DNA from: Fimicolochytrium jonesii
Taxonomy: Eukaryota
Length of the DNA: 64,000 nucleotides
Assembly (NCBI RefSeq): GCF_025526975.1
Contig: NW_026515677.1
Location: forward strand, 682,001-746,000
Reading direction: 5' to 3'
A model generated the notes under the pieces. It was not told where the DNA came from and searched no databases. It worked only from the letters and a program-made list of their open reading frames with translations. This document shows positions 12,485 to 25,449 of this stretch, piece by piece. How positions within the stretch are numbered: the stretch's first letter is position 1; each line of letters begins with the position of its first letter. The translations under genes were made by a program, and so were the position numbers.

Positions 12485-12867
12485 CTTTGTGGAATGTGGG
12501 ATTCGATATGCGTTGTTATTCCGTTGAGCGACGAAGTGTATGCAGGGTCGGATGCAGCAAACTCAGGTTTGGAGGGGAATTGAGCGATGGGAGGGAATCA
12601 AAGACACGGCGACGATATACTGTATATCACATCTTCTGAGCAGCAGCCTCCGAGAGAAGGAGAGGAATGATTTGGTTGCGACGAGCGACGTGGAGGTCAA
12701 CGGGGCGAGCTGACGCGTGACATCCAAAAGAGCCAAGAGGACAGTGAGCCAGCAGTCACGGGACTTTCGATAATGCTCCACGTGACTCCTGGCGCATTTT
12801 GGCTTCAAGATCTTTTTGTTCATCCAACGTTCTTCCCTGCATCTCGTACCCAGCAATTGAACCAAAC

Positions 12868-14943
12868 ATGGCGGCGACGAAGACTCTCGCCAAGCGCACG
12901 CCAAAGGCAAGGACTACCGGTGCAGCAGCCGCTAAGGTTACAGCCGCTACCTCCTCGGCGAAATCACCAGCCAAGGCGACAAAAAGGACTAAGTCCGTCG
13001 CCGTGCAGGAAGTCGAGGTTTCGGACGAGGAGTCTGACGAGGCCGAAGATTTGGGGGAGGAAGAAGGCGACGAGCTGGATACGGATGGGAGAGACGGAGG
13101 CGAGGAGGAGGAGCATATTGCCTCTGATTCGGACGGTGAGGAGGAGGAGGAGGATGTTGTTGAGGGTGACGATGTAGGCCCCGACGACGACGATACATTA
13201 CCACGGGCCCGCAAAGGTAACTGTCCCTTCCACCTCAAACCATCCCATCCCCATACTCTTGTCTTCCCCTCCCAAAACTTCAAACCCACGGTGGTCGGGC
13301 TTGATGAGGTGTCCCGTTCGCGGTGACTCTCGACAAGGCCGACCAAAGTTTTTCGCTCTGGGCTCCCCTCGGGGAGCAATGCGTTGCGTAAATGGTTAAA
13401 CGTGGAACAACAAAAGTCAGTGAGCGCCTGGTTTATTGCGCGCCTCCTCTTTCTGCTGATCGCAGGCTTGGAGGCGTGTTGCTTGACGATCGTACATCTT
13501 TTCCGCCTATCCCAAATCTTTGCTCTTTTGACGTGAAAGGAAGTTATCGGTATGATTGCTCATCACACTCTCCTTTTGTGCCTTGCTTTCGAAAGTTGAA
13601 TTGCTCGATGAGCCGGACCTATCGCCTGCGGTCCGGGCATTAGTGCAAAAGGATGTGAATGAGCTAGGGACGCTGATCAAAGACTTTAAGGATAAGCTTG
13701 TGGAGCTGCGTATGCGATTGGCGACTACTGTCGAAAGGTGCGTAGACCCTATCATGCACTCTACCGCTTATTTGCGCGCATCAGAAGCTCATATATCGTT
13801 TTCCACCACCCACAAAAGTGCACATGCAGGAGACATCCGAACGCATAACGGCGTCAGCTTACTGGAAATCAAAGTTCACTCTATGCTCAGCTACCTCACC
13901 AACCTCGCCTTCTACCTCCTTCTCAAGCTGCACGGCCGGCCCGTCTCCGGCCACCCCGTCATCGACGAACTAGTCGAGCTCCGCATCGTCATGGAAAAGA
14001 TCAAGCCTCTCGAACAAAAACTCAAATACCAGATCGACAAACTCGTCAAGGCCGCATCAATGCAGGACGACAACAAGGAAGCCAAAGATGCCGACGGCAA
14101 AAGCCTCGCCGCCGCCGTCACCGACCCCCTTAACTTCAAGCCCAACCCGAGCGCCATGCTCTCCGCCGGCGTAGAGCACGACACAGCCGATAGGGACGCC
14201 GACACCACAGGTGGAGTCTACCGCCCCCCCAAACTCGCACCCATGCCCTACGACGACTCCCAGCGCACCAAGACCGGCCGTCTTACCCAACAGGCGAAGG
14301 AGAAAGCATCCCGATCGCGTCTCCTCCGCGACCTGAGATCGCAGTATGATGACCGGCCGGAGGAGCAAACCGCCCAGGGGACCGGGTACGGCGCCAGCGA
14401 AGTCGGCGCTAGCAAAGAGGATGAGAAGTGGGCCGAACGTGAACGGTTTGAGGAGGAGAACTTTGTGCGTTTGAATTTGACGAGGGAGGATAAGAAGCTG
14501 CAGAAGGCGATCGAGACGCAGGGGGCACGGTTACGGTTTAACGACGAGTTCCAGGTAAATTACCTTCCCCCCAATCTGTCCCCATTTCATTTCATGTCTG
14601 ACGAATTACCTCTCCCCCCTCCCACCAGGCCCTAGAAGAAGACTTCGCCTCCCTCCGCTCCGTCCACCGCGCCGTCGAAGAATCCGACACCCTAACCCAC
14701 GGCACGGGCCACCTCGCCCGTAAATCCCAACGCGCCGCCGACCTCTCCACGCGGGGCACCCAGCTCTCGGAAAATGGAAAGAAACGCAAGTATGGAGACG
14801 CGGCGGAGTTGTTGGCTGCTGCGAGCAATGTGAAACGCACACGAGAGGCGGGGGGCGTGGGAGGGGAGTTTGGGGAGGAGGTCAGGAAGAGGAAACGGGC
14901 GTTGGGGAGGATTGGGAAGAGGGGGAAGGGGGGAAAGAAGTAG
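12868..14943 (+). CDS. LCP5: Lcp5/neuroguidin, Sas10/Utp3/C1D-family SSU processome factor
   Basis: GVSLLEIKVHSMLSYL, ELRIVMEKIKPLEQKLKYQIDKL, GVYRPPKLAP and ERERFEEENFVRL, with an acidic N-terminus and a basic C-terminus. Confidence 0.9.
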
Positions 14944-15583
14944 GGAGGGGAGACAGATCGACATACCAACACAAATTTTGTAATTTATTCGCATTCATAC
15001 ACATTTCATGTCATTCACGGGCCATTGCATTCTCTTACATCCACCGCGCGAGGGTGTCGCCCGTCCCCTGTTCTCAATTGCGGACCATTCGTAAAGGCAT
15101 GGATGTCGCATCATCATGATGCATGCCTATTCGTTGGTTTGACACGCTGACGTTTTCGTCCGACATGAGCGGAGTTAGAGCAGCCCGTCTTCTTTACACA
15201 TGTTTTCAAAAGTCAAGACAAAGATGACTTCATTTCCCAACCTGTGGTGGTACTTCCGTTACGTACCATTCCAGACACACAAAGCCTTTTGCGGAGACTT
15301 CGCATTCGACTTTCTGATGATTCCGGCATGAGAAGAGCCGGCATTGAAAGAGCTCCTTTTAATGTGGTACATGCTGACTTTTAGCTCAAGGGACTTTTGC
15401 CTACCATTAGAAAGAACGAATGACGCACTATGCTGGGTATTGCAAAGCAAAAAGGAAGCGGGGCTTTCAACATACGCCTCCCGTAAACCATGCAAGCTGC
15501 GGAGTACATAGCAGACAAAGAAGAAGACTATGCTCCCGTAGTAATCTGAAACCCCATACCCGCCAATTTGCTCGTCACGACGG

Positions 15584-16270
15584 TCAACACCGCTTCAAAT
15601 GTGTCAGCCCCGCCATTACAAGACCCGTACTCGAGATGCTGGCTAAGCCCACTGAGCGTCTTGAACGATGCTGATGGGCCAGTTCAGCCGTTGACGCGCG
15701 GATGGATTTATCGGGGCATTTGTAGATTGGGGCGTCGTGCACGGGAGAGTTCAGATGGTCGGCCAGCGCCTGGGCGGAGGTGAATTGACCGCGGGTGGAA
15801 GGGCATTTGGGGCAGATGTGGCGGTGGAGTTCGATGATTTCGTCTTCGTTGTCGGCAGTCTCCGCCGGCAAAGACGCAACGCGGGGCGGGTGGACCGCTA
15901 GAAGTATTGTCTCGTGGGTGATCATCCTTTGGGTGTCGGCGGCCATCACGAATTTTCTGATGCGCTCCCGGTCGACGCCCATCCGGCTAGCGCACCACCC
16001 GTTGCTTTCGAGATGCATGATCAGGCCTGATGGACCGCCCGGAAAACCTTTGTGGCAGCGTGGGCATTGGAGGGAGGGTGTTAGCGGTCTGTGGCGGGGG
16101 GAGCTGCAGTGTTGGATGAAGGCGGTGGAGTCTAGAAATTGCTGGTTGCAGATCGGGCACCGGAAGATGGAATGGGCTGGAGAATCTTGGTTGTGCTGCT
16201 GACGGGCGCGCTGGGAGGGGAAGGTTTTGCAGCAGAGGACGCAGCCCAAGCCGCCTACACGGGATGGCAT
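15584..16270 (-). CDS. C2H2 zinc-finger protein
   Basis: Several Cx2C...H motifs (CVLC..F...H, CPIC..QF..H, CPRC..F...HLE, CPKC...F...HLNSPVH). The 3' end is uncertain. Confidence 0.7.
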   Translation of the reverse strand: MPSRVGGLGCVLCCKTFPSQRARQQHNQDSPAHSIFRCPICNQQFLDSTAFIQHCSSPRHRPLTPSLQCPRCHKGFPGGPSGLIMHLESNGWCASRMGVDRERIRKFVMAADTQRMITHETILLAVHPPRVASLPAETADNEDEIIELHRHICPKCPSTRGQFTSAQALADHLNSPVHDAPIYKCPDKSIRASTAELAHQHRSRRSVGLASISSTGLVMAGLTHLKRC

Positions 16271-17532
16271 AGTGTGGGTCAAAGATCGGAAGGGGTGAGC
16301 GAGTTCGCCAGTTGACGGGGACTATCTTCAGACGAACCGAAGCGGGCCTCCCCTGCCCTTTATACCTGTCACCACAACTTTCGAAAACCTCACGCATCTC
16401 CGAAAATGTGCTGTCTGCGGATGAGCTCGGAAGAACGGGTCTTGGTAATCCCTCAGCGAACACCCTCGTGCTGCAATAACACGTACCTGAATGAAATAAT
16501 AGCCCCGCAATCTTGGTCACTGGTTGTCCGAACGGAGTTTGAATTGACAGCATCCGCGCACACGTAACCCGATGCTACAGTATTATAATACCTTTGACGC
16601 CTGACAGAACACCAGCTGGAACTTGACACGTAAGGACGTCTCGCGATTCGCGAAAAAGAAGTCAATAACAGTTTCTATTCGCAAAAACGTACACAGAAAA
16701 CTATACTACTCGGATTCATCTCATTCGCATTGGAGGAGCATTGACCCCGTCTCACACTCCATCTTGCTTTGCGACTTTAATGCCAGACAATCCATGAAGG
16801 ATACGTCGTCGTGATGTCATTTGCATATTTGCGATATCGGCTTCTAAATCCTCTATATGGGCGGTACCACCAAAGTCCCCACATGAAAGTAATATAAGAT
16901 CTAAACGGAGACCAATGCCTAGAATCCGCGCTCCGCCCATGGTTTCCCGATACGCCTGAAGCGGGACTGCTTCGCGTGATTGTGCAAAAAGTCAAGGGTT
17001 GCGAAATTGCATTTGCGCCGATGGGGAGGCTGCGACAATGTTCCGTACGCCCGTTCAGAGGCGCCTGCGTCCTCTCCGTGCCGTGAGGAGAATTATGGCG
17101 GTCATAGATGCTCAGTTCCCTTCCCTCCCTCGCTCGCGTTCTCTGGGATTTCAAGGGTCTCCTTCATCCGCGACATCCATGCTTTTCCCAAATGTGGTTT
17201 TGCTGTGCGCTGGATGCATATTGTAGGCCGCATATATCACAGCCTCATGTCCAGATGGTCAACCTCTGCTGGGTATCCGGCACTGATTATGTAAGGTTCG
17301 GCTTTCATGGACGTACGAATGATGCGCGTCGAGAATCAGATCAAACCTCTCCCAGATCATTTTCCTGACGTACTGAGACCAGCGCGTTCTCTGCTCGCCT
17401 AGCCGCGGAGGACCTCCCTTGCGCTTTTCTGCAAAGCGGTGACCGCATGCTGCTTTTCATAAGTCGGGCACCCTGTCTCTGATTTGGATCCTCGTTCCTG
17501 TACAAAACACACCTCCCGATGGGCCTGATATC

Positions 17533-18686
17533 TCACTCAGATGCAGCCGGTCGGCGATACCCGAGACAAACCAGATACCCTTCCGCACTCCTACTCCTGC
17601 TCGCCTCCGGTTTCTCGTACGCGACTTTCGCAAAGCGGGTTTCAAGCAATGCCTTCAAATCTGAAAACACAACCGCGTTAATCTACATATACACATCCCC
17701 AGCGTGACAAAGGAGTTTCCTGAAACTTTTACTTACCAGCATCCCCACTCCCCTGAATAAACTTACACACAAACGCACCCCCACTCTTCAACACGCCCTC
17801 GCTCTCCGCCACGCTCAGCGCCAGCTCGCACAGGCTAATAACACGCAACACGTCGGCAGTGCGCGAGCCTGTGAACGGGTGGGCCATGTCGGAGAGGACT
17901 ACGTCGAATGCAGGAGTTTTGAGCGATGTGGGAGTCTCGGTCGGATTGATGATGGAGTGGATGCGGGCGAGCACCTTTGGGTCGGTCATGTCGCCCTGGA
18001 TGATGTCGACGCCGGCGATGGGGTCGGTGGGGAGGAGGTCGATGGAGACTACTTTGCCCGTTTTGCTGGGGTGAGCGGTCTCTGTAGCGGTATCACCCTC
18101 CTTTTCGAGATTCTCTGATGGTTTTCTCCCCCGCCCACCACCGCCGACGAATTTAACGGCAACCTGCGCCCATCCACCGGGGCATCCGCCCAAATCCAAC
18201 ACATTCATCCCCCGCTTCATCAAGCCGAATCGTTTCTGGATCCCTTCCAGCTTGTATGCTGCTCTGGAGCGGTACCCGTCCTGCGCGCGTTGCTTGACGA
18301 AGGTGTCGCGGGATTGGCGGGCGTGCCATTGTTTTGGGCTGGAGCGTAAGAATAGGGGAAAACCTGGTGAGCTTTGTCGCCTCATATGTGGACTGGGAGA
18401 AAAAGACTTCATACCTCGTGACAGACGTCCGCACAGACCCCAACGCGGGTGGCCATTGTTGCACTATGCATAAGGGCGACTCCCTCCGTTGGCTTCCCGC
18501 ACCTCCTCCACGATAAAGCCGAAGCGAGGGCTGACCGTTGGTGCATGTAGAAGGGTGTGCTGTTGAGGGAGTGTGAAGACGTCGCTGAGCGTTGGGACTG
18601 CTGAAACGGGTTAAGACTTTCGCCCACGGCGCCGATGTGCGAACGAGGGGGCGAGGCGCTGAGATGGTAGTGAGAGCGGAGAGCAT
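17533..18686 (-). CDS. MRM2: Mitochondrial rRNA 2'-O-methyltransferase (FtsJ/RlmE family)
   Basis: YRSRAAYKL, LDLGGCPGGW, VVLSDMA, FVCKF and last exon KPEASRSRSAEGY give the K-D-K-E tetrad. Confidence 0.92.
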
Positions 18687-18957
18687 TGTTTATGTTTCGC
18701 TCGTGATCGTTGTCGATGTCGCCGTCTGTTATGGCCTCTGTCGCCTGGTCCATCGCCCTTCGCAGTGGCAAGTGTGACTTTTGGAGGTGTGAAAAAAGGC
18801 CGGTCGCGTTCGGTCGTTCTTCTCAGAGTTCTCCCCCAACAGCAATTACCAAATTCGAGAACGTTAACGAGAGAGGAAGGTCTGAGGAAGGGGAAGACAG
18901 CGGGCCACGTCTTGCATATATATCAGTCCTTCCGTTCAAGCTCACCTCTCTCCATAA

Positions 18958-19676
18958 ATGGCGAGTTCAACGACGCCGCGGCGCACGCACTACGAGACGC
19001 TGCAACTGCCGCCCTCCGCGTCCGCCGACGATATTAAACGGCAGTACCAGAAACTGGCCTTGGAGGTACGTCTGCACCCTTCTTCTTATGTCAAGCGGAG
19101 TTCCAACCAACTCACTCTCCCCTCTTCTTTCCAGTATCACCCCGACAAAGCACCGCCAACCTTCTCGCCCGCCGCCCTCACCCAACGCACGCACGCTTTC
19201 CGCACCATCCACGCCGCCTACGCAACTCTACGCGACCCGGCTCTGCGTGACGCCTACGACGACAGACTGCGTTCTGGAGCAGCATCCACGGGAGATGGGA
19301 TTGTGCATAGCGAGGTGGATCTGGATGATATGGAGTATTATGAGGAAGGGGATGGGGGTGATGACGGTGATCGGGATGGGAATGTAGCGGGCAGTGGTGG
19401 AGCGTTCATATGGCCGTGCCGCTGTGGCGGGCGATACATTGTGCGCGAGCAGGAATTGGAGGAGGGCGTGGATGAAGTGATGTGTTCGACGTGCTCGTAA
19501 GTTCGAGAGTGTTTTAATGGGAAGCAACATTTGCGGCGTATTCTCGCCGTGGGTTTGAATGCGTTGTACTCAAACTTCGTCCATACAGGCTTCGAATCCG
19601 TGTGCTATACCGAGTGGTCGACGACGCGGACGATGACGACAATGGAGCCGAAGTCAATGGAAGCGCCAGGCCTTGA
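18958..19676 (+). CDS. DPH4: Diphthamide biosynthesis J-domain/CSL zinc-finger protein
   Basis: THYETL...YHPDK J domain followed by PCRCGG...CSTCSLRIRVLY, with two introns. Confidence 0.9.
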
Positions 19677-20492
19677 GCTCAACGATACCTTCGTGATTGG
19701 ATTGAGTTCATCCATTGGCCGCGAGAACGGTGGCCGGAGGAGAGATCCTCTCAACATCGCATGCCAACAACTCCCCATGTCGAGCAACCCGCCGCAAGGG
19801 GATGGTCTCCAGAGTGGTCTCTTGGCCGCTTATCATTCCGGGATCAGATCCAGAGATGTTCCCGAAGGACAACCATAGCGAGGAGAGGCTTTCTACGCCA
19901 ACAAGATACGCTTTAGGGACCAGCCTCAACGCCCTCAATCGCACGCCGACCCCGATGGCCAGTTGCGTCACGGCGGCACCCATACCCGATGCGTCATCAC
20001 ATAAGACCGCACCGTCTGGCTTATTCTCGGCGCCAAGAAAGACACACATGGCCGAAATGGGACGTCTGGGGTGCACGTTCGCCGGTCCGTCGGTCCGGGC
20101 ATCGACACACAAATAGTGTCAATCCGGCACCTGTGGGAGGAAGCGCAGCTGGGCCCACTGAACTTACACATCACGCTGAAAGGATACAGTACACACGGGC
20201 CAACACAATGTAGGGGCGTAGAGGCAGATAAGCCTTAGTCAAGGGCGAGCAGCTTGACGTACTCATGTAGACGACGCTCGGTGAAGGGGGTATGCAACGT
20301 TCGTTACGATCACATATGCCGGGTATATATCTGTTCAATCGAGCTGCGGTTTAAGCATGACCCCGGACGAGGTCGGGCCGGATGTATTTTGCGCTGACAG
20401 GAATTTGTAACAGGCTTTCGGCGCCGTTGGATATCTGTACATGAAACGCAATCCCATACATCCAACCCAGAAGTCTCGCCTCCCACGCAGCC

Positions 20493-21381
20493 TCAAACAA
20501 CCATCTTCCTAAAATCCTCCAACCCAATCACCCCATCCCCATCCGCATCAAACCGCGCCAACAGCGCCGCCACGTCGCCTTTATGCGCCATCCCGTACGG
20601 GCTGAGGGCCGCGGCTAGTTTTCGGAGACACGATTCGGTGAGGGCGGGTGGTGAGGACGGGGTTTCCGTGTGTGGTTCGAACCACTGCAAAAAGTTCGAG
20701 TCAGTAACAGATCAGGGGGGAGAAATCATCCATGTAAGGCAGACGTACATGAAAAGCCTCATCAAAGCCCCCACTCGGTACCTTCCCAATCACCAGACTC
20801 CCCAACCGTTCCCTCGTCATCTCCTCCTTCCCCGTCCCCGTCAACTTCACCGCCTTCGCTTTCATCCCATCCGCTTTATCCACCTTCACCCCACCTCCGC
20901 CCCGTGACGGCGGCGGCGCCTCCGCCCTCTCCACCGCTACAGGTAATCCAGGCGTGCTCGTGCTCACGGTCCGCGCCTCCTTCCGCCCCCCAGCGGGCGT
21001 CGCGGGGTTGTTGTTGAGTCCGAAAGAAGCGAGCCCCCCACCGCCCCCCGCATCGCCATGCACGATCCCGAAAAACACATCCACAAATCGGCTCACATCC
21101 TCCCTTCTCACGCGTTTCCCATCCTTGCTCATCGCGTCAAACGCCATGTCGACGTCGTCGCGGGAGATGGGTTGGGTGCGGGTTGTTACTGTTGATATAG
21201 GGCGCGGTGCGGGTTTGTCGGAGGTGGGCAGGTCCGGTGTGGAGGCGTCGATTTTGGAGGAGCCTTTTTTGAATTGGGATGGGCGGCGGGCGGAGGGGGG
21301 CCGGAGGGAGTCGGTGGGGAGGGTATCGGAGGTTGGCCGAGAGTCGCCTTGGGGGGGTTTGAGGGGGATGCGGTAGCCCAT
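20493..21381 (-). CDS. EF-hand protein
   Basis: C-terminal DADGDGVIGLEDFRKM canonical EF loop and a degenerate AFDAMSKDGKRV EF-hand, with one intron near 20690-20745. Confidence 0.75.
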
Positions 21382-22075
21382 GTTTTTTGGTTTGGATGTT
21401 GTGGATTGACGTGCGGAGTAAATCGTAGGTTTTGTGTTGATGTGTGTGATACTCGCTGTCGATGCACGCTTCAAATTCCAAAAGAATATAGCCAGAGACG
21501 AATATCCCACCCGAAATACAACCCGTAGGGGAAAAGGTTAAGCTTATGCCATGTTAGGTGGCTTCGAACCAAAAAGCCATATCCTGTCGAAATACTGTCA
21601 ATACATGCCTGGTGTTTTTCTGCTTTACGCTCAGACATTTCTCCTTCCCACATCTGCTCACAGTACCAAACGTCTCCCCAATCCATCATCTACCTGTCAA
21701 ACACAAAAAAAAATCCCCTCGCATAGTATTAAAAGCCCTCAAATCAAATACAGCTTCATATCATCATCGCAAAGCCTCCTCAAGAGTGATTAAAGTAAGT
21801 GAAAAATATAAAAAAGCATAGAAAGGAATACGAAGAAAACCGTGCGACAACAGCCAGGCGATCCGAAGGACCGCGCGCGATGTTTGAACTCCGGGGGAGG
21901 TTTATGTACACATTATGGGGTAACCGGGAGGTGTGAGGGTGAAGAGCGAGGCGAGGAAGGGGTGAAGGAAATACGGTAGGATACATACACATACAACCGG
22001 AGTGAACTGGCACTCGCTCATCGACAGAAAGACAGCCGTTCAGGCGGGGGAAGGGCACACGAGTCCATTGTCTTG

Positions 22076-24059
22076 CTAATAAGACGGTACCGGCGACGCG
22101 CTCGCTTCCGCCCCTGATCCCTGCGCCGCGGACGGTGAATGCACCACATTCCGATCCGACGGGCTCGCATCGACGCCAGTCGGTGAAGAGACGGGTATGC
22201 TGATCGCCGTCGGTGGTGCTGTCGCTTGATTTGGGATGGGAGCGTGATGTTGTTGCTGATCGGAGTACGTTGGGGGTATCTGTGGTGGCGGGACATGCGT
22301 TACTGCCATTTGTCGCTGTTGAGTGAATTGCTGCTGCTGTGGTGGTGGCTGGACCGGCAGGGCATAAATCTTCTGATGTATTTGTTGCTGTTGGGCCATT
22401 CGTAAATCATCGGGGATCGCATGCGGATGTTGTTGACGGAGATGTAAAGCGGCTTGGTGCGGGATATGTTGTTGTTGCGGGTGGTGATGGACACGCTGCT
22501 GTAAGTTTTCGAGCTGCATCATCAGCGAGCGGTTCCCGAATTCGAGGTGGCGGATGTAGCCAACGGCGTTGTGGAGGATGACGGATTTGCTGATTCCGAC
22601 GGCGTTGGCGCTGTTGCTTGCACTGGCGCTTTGTGTGCCGGGGATTAAGTCTGCGAGGGCTTTGAATCCGGATCTGGAAATTGCGACAACAAGTCAGTTC
22701 CTATCCCACCAAACTCCGAGAGGGAGATTCCAGCATCATAATCCCCACAACGTACCTAATAAGCGTCCTCCGCTTCTGCTCCGACAAGATATGATTCGTC
22801 CGCTTCTCCTGCTCAGTCAGCAACTCCCTCCCATTCCGCTTCTTCCCATCCTTCCCCTCTGCTTCCTGCCCATCCGCGTCCTCTCTCGAGAACGCCGCCG
22901 TGGCATTCTGTTTCCCACCCCTTCCCCCCGTTCTCAATCCCGCCACTTTTTTCCGGGCTGGTCCGCCAGGCGCGTCGCTGCCGCTCCGTCTCCTGTTGTT
23001 TCCGTTGGTGGCGGAGCTGGGGGTATCTGCCTGCTTGGTTTCCGCTGCTGACCCGACGGACGCCCTTTTTGATGCCGGAACGGCTGGTTTTTGATCGACC
23101 TGCATTTGAGGCTGGGCTTTCTCGGCGGCAGTGGCTGCTCCAGACGGCTTCCCAGCTGCTGTTTCGCGCGTTGCTGGTGATGATTTCCCAGGCTCCGTTT
23201 GGCTTTCCGGACGTCTCGCGTCCGTGACCGATAACCCACCAGGGGCAGAAACTGGTGATAGATACTGGCCAAACTCGATGGGACGCGAGGTTTCCATTCG
23301 CTGTTGTTGCTGAACTTGCTGTAGCTGCTGCGTTTGATGCTGTGTCACCATCGGTTGCTGCTGCTGCTGTATTTGTATTTGCTGCGTCTGATGGGGTTGC
23401 TGCTGATACTGGAATGTCGGATTTATGGGGTGGTAATAAGGAGGGGTATTTTTCAGCGCCGTAAATGGATTACTGTTCGGATCTTCATGTACGGAGAGCG
23501 GTATGTTCCAATTCCGTCCGTGAGCGGGATGCCCGATGGGGATAGCGATAGGTACAGTTGATTGCGATCGATCCCAATATCCCGTCTCTCCAGGTTGCGC
23601 CTGATGTTGCTGCATGTGGAAAGGGAGCATGGCTACTTCGCTCTGGAAACCCTGCGGTGGTAAGGGCTTTTGGAAGAACATACCACCATCCTGTGATTGC
23701 GGCTGGCCGACCGAATTGTGCAGCGGAATCGCAAGTGAGTGCAATGGATACTGTTGCGAAACAAGCGGTATCCCCACTGACGGCGGTAAAGTCTGCTGTG
23801 GCATCTGTTGCTGTGCTGCCGGTGCGGCAACCGGCTCATCAAGAAAGAACCCGTCCAAGAACTCAGAAAAGTACTTCTGCTCATCGTCGTTCAGCAACGT
23901 GGGAGCGTCTCCGGCCGGGTCAAGCGGCAGAGCCGATGGCGAGAATGGGAATGGCATGGAGAACCCTACTGCCCCGTCCTCGGGTAACGTGGGGACCGCC
24001 ACCGCCGAGGATGACGAGGAGGACGTCGTGTAGGTTCCAAAGGCGGCCGGTGTGAACAT
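22076..24059 (-). CDS. bHLH transcription factor (Ino4/Mlx-like), Gln-rich
   Basis: LLTEQEKRTNHILSEQKRRTLIR | SGFKALADLIP...SKSVILHNAVGYIRHL across one intron. Confidence 0.85.
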
Positions 24060-25449
24060 TGTAGTGTTCACCGAGCCGTCGGAAAGCTGACCAGCAGGGT
24101 CGATGGTGGGCTGGTAAAGAACTCCGGTCTCTTCAAAGCGTCCAGGATGAAAGGCTCGAGCGTCTGATATCGTCAACGACCAACTAGGCAAGGGGTTTTA
24201 CTGGGACTGGGAAGTAAGCGGTTGACAACCGCCAACGCTGTGCTGGTTGCTGAGCGAATGCTGAGAGAGCCACCGAAAGTCAGTTGGGAATCGAAGTGCC
24301 GGTCGAACGTCAACCGCGACGTTCAGTACGATGTTTCTGCGTATGCCGGACGATGTATTCTGCTACAGCGGTGAAGTAAGGACTGTCGCTAGCGGCGACT
24401 CCGGTAATGTCTTACGTAGAATGAGGTTCAGGTGGCTGTAATCACGGAGTCGAATGACTGATTTCGGCAGAAGCGTTTTGACCGCGAGACCCTTCCTCAG
24501 ACTGACTCCTATGCTGCTTGCTGCCCCTGCGTTGAGTTCGCTGGTGGTGTGTTGGGGAGGCCCTTGACGAATGTCGCTGTTGCTGTGGTGTGATATGATA
24601 CTCTTCTCGTCGTCCCTCTGGCAGTTTCTCCACGCCAATAATGTTCGAGTAGAAGGGACGTGAGGGGCGGCTCTTCTGTGGGAGGGTCCCTCGCACGCAG
24701 CTGACTACTAGCACTCCCTACTTTACACACACAGAACGACTCGGATAGAAGGAGAGGACGAGAGGACCCTTTGCGTCGACGGCCGGCTCTCAAGAGAACA
24801 AAGGTGCGGTTTGGGCGCTGAGAGAATAGGACGACCGGTCGGTCTAAATTATGGCTGGTAAAACCAATCACCAGGAAAATAAATCACTAACAAAATGTGA
24901 CGAGACATACACCCACATTCCCCCCAGTAATAACACTGCGTATAAGAAGCAGAACAACGTGGAGATTAAATGCCACCGTGGCGTATGTGTATTTTCCTGT
25001 CCAGCCAACGGGTACTTTGATATGCGGGCGGATGGTTGTATCCGCGAACAATCCAGCGTCATGATACACCCTCAGGGTATGTACAGTCTGCCATGACATG
25101 ATACTCGGATTCTGGACTCCAGGAGCCTTGGACATGGGGACTCGGGAGGTCATTTTCTCGAGGGGGCCGACTGTGCGTACGACCGTCGACCGGGGGCGAT
25201 AATCAGTGATCGGCCACAACCGCCACTGGGCGGCGCGCACGAAGGAGACGGGCAAAGTCACCTGGTGGGCCATTTTCTGGCATTTTTGCGTTGCCGTGAA
25301 TCAGGAATCCGCTCGATCCCATTTATAAACTTTGCATTACGGCCGTCGCCCGATCCCGGTCCAAAGGTCAGGAGGGACGATCTGTGTCGCCGTCGTGCAA
25401 GCTCATCAACTTTGATGAATCGTACAAATCACATCAGGGGCACATCCGA

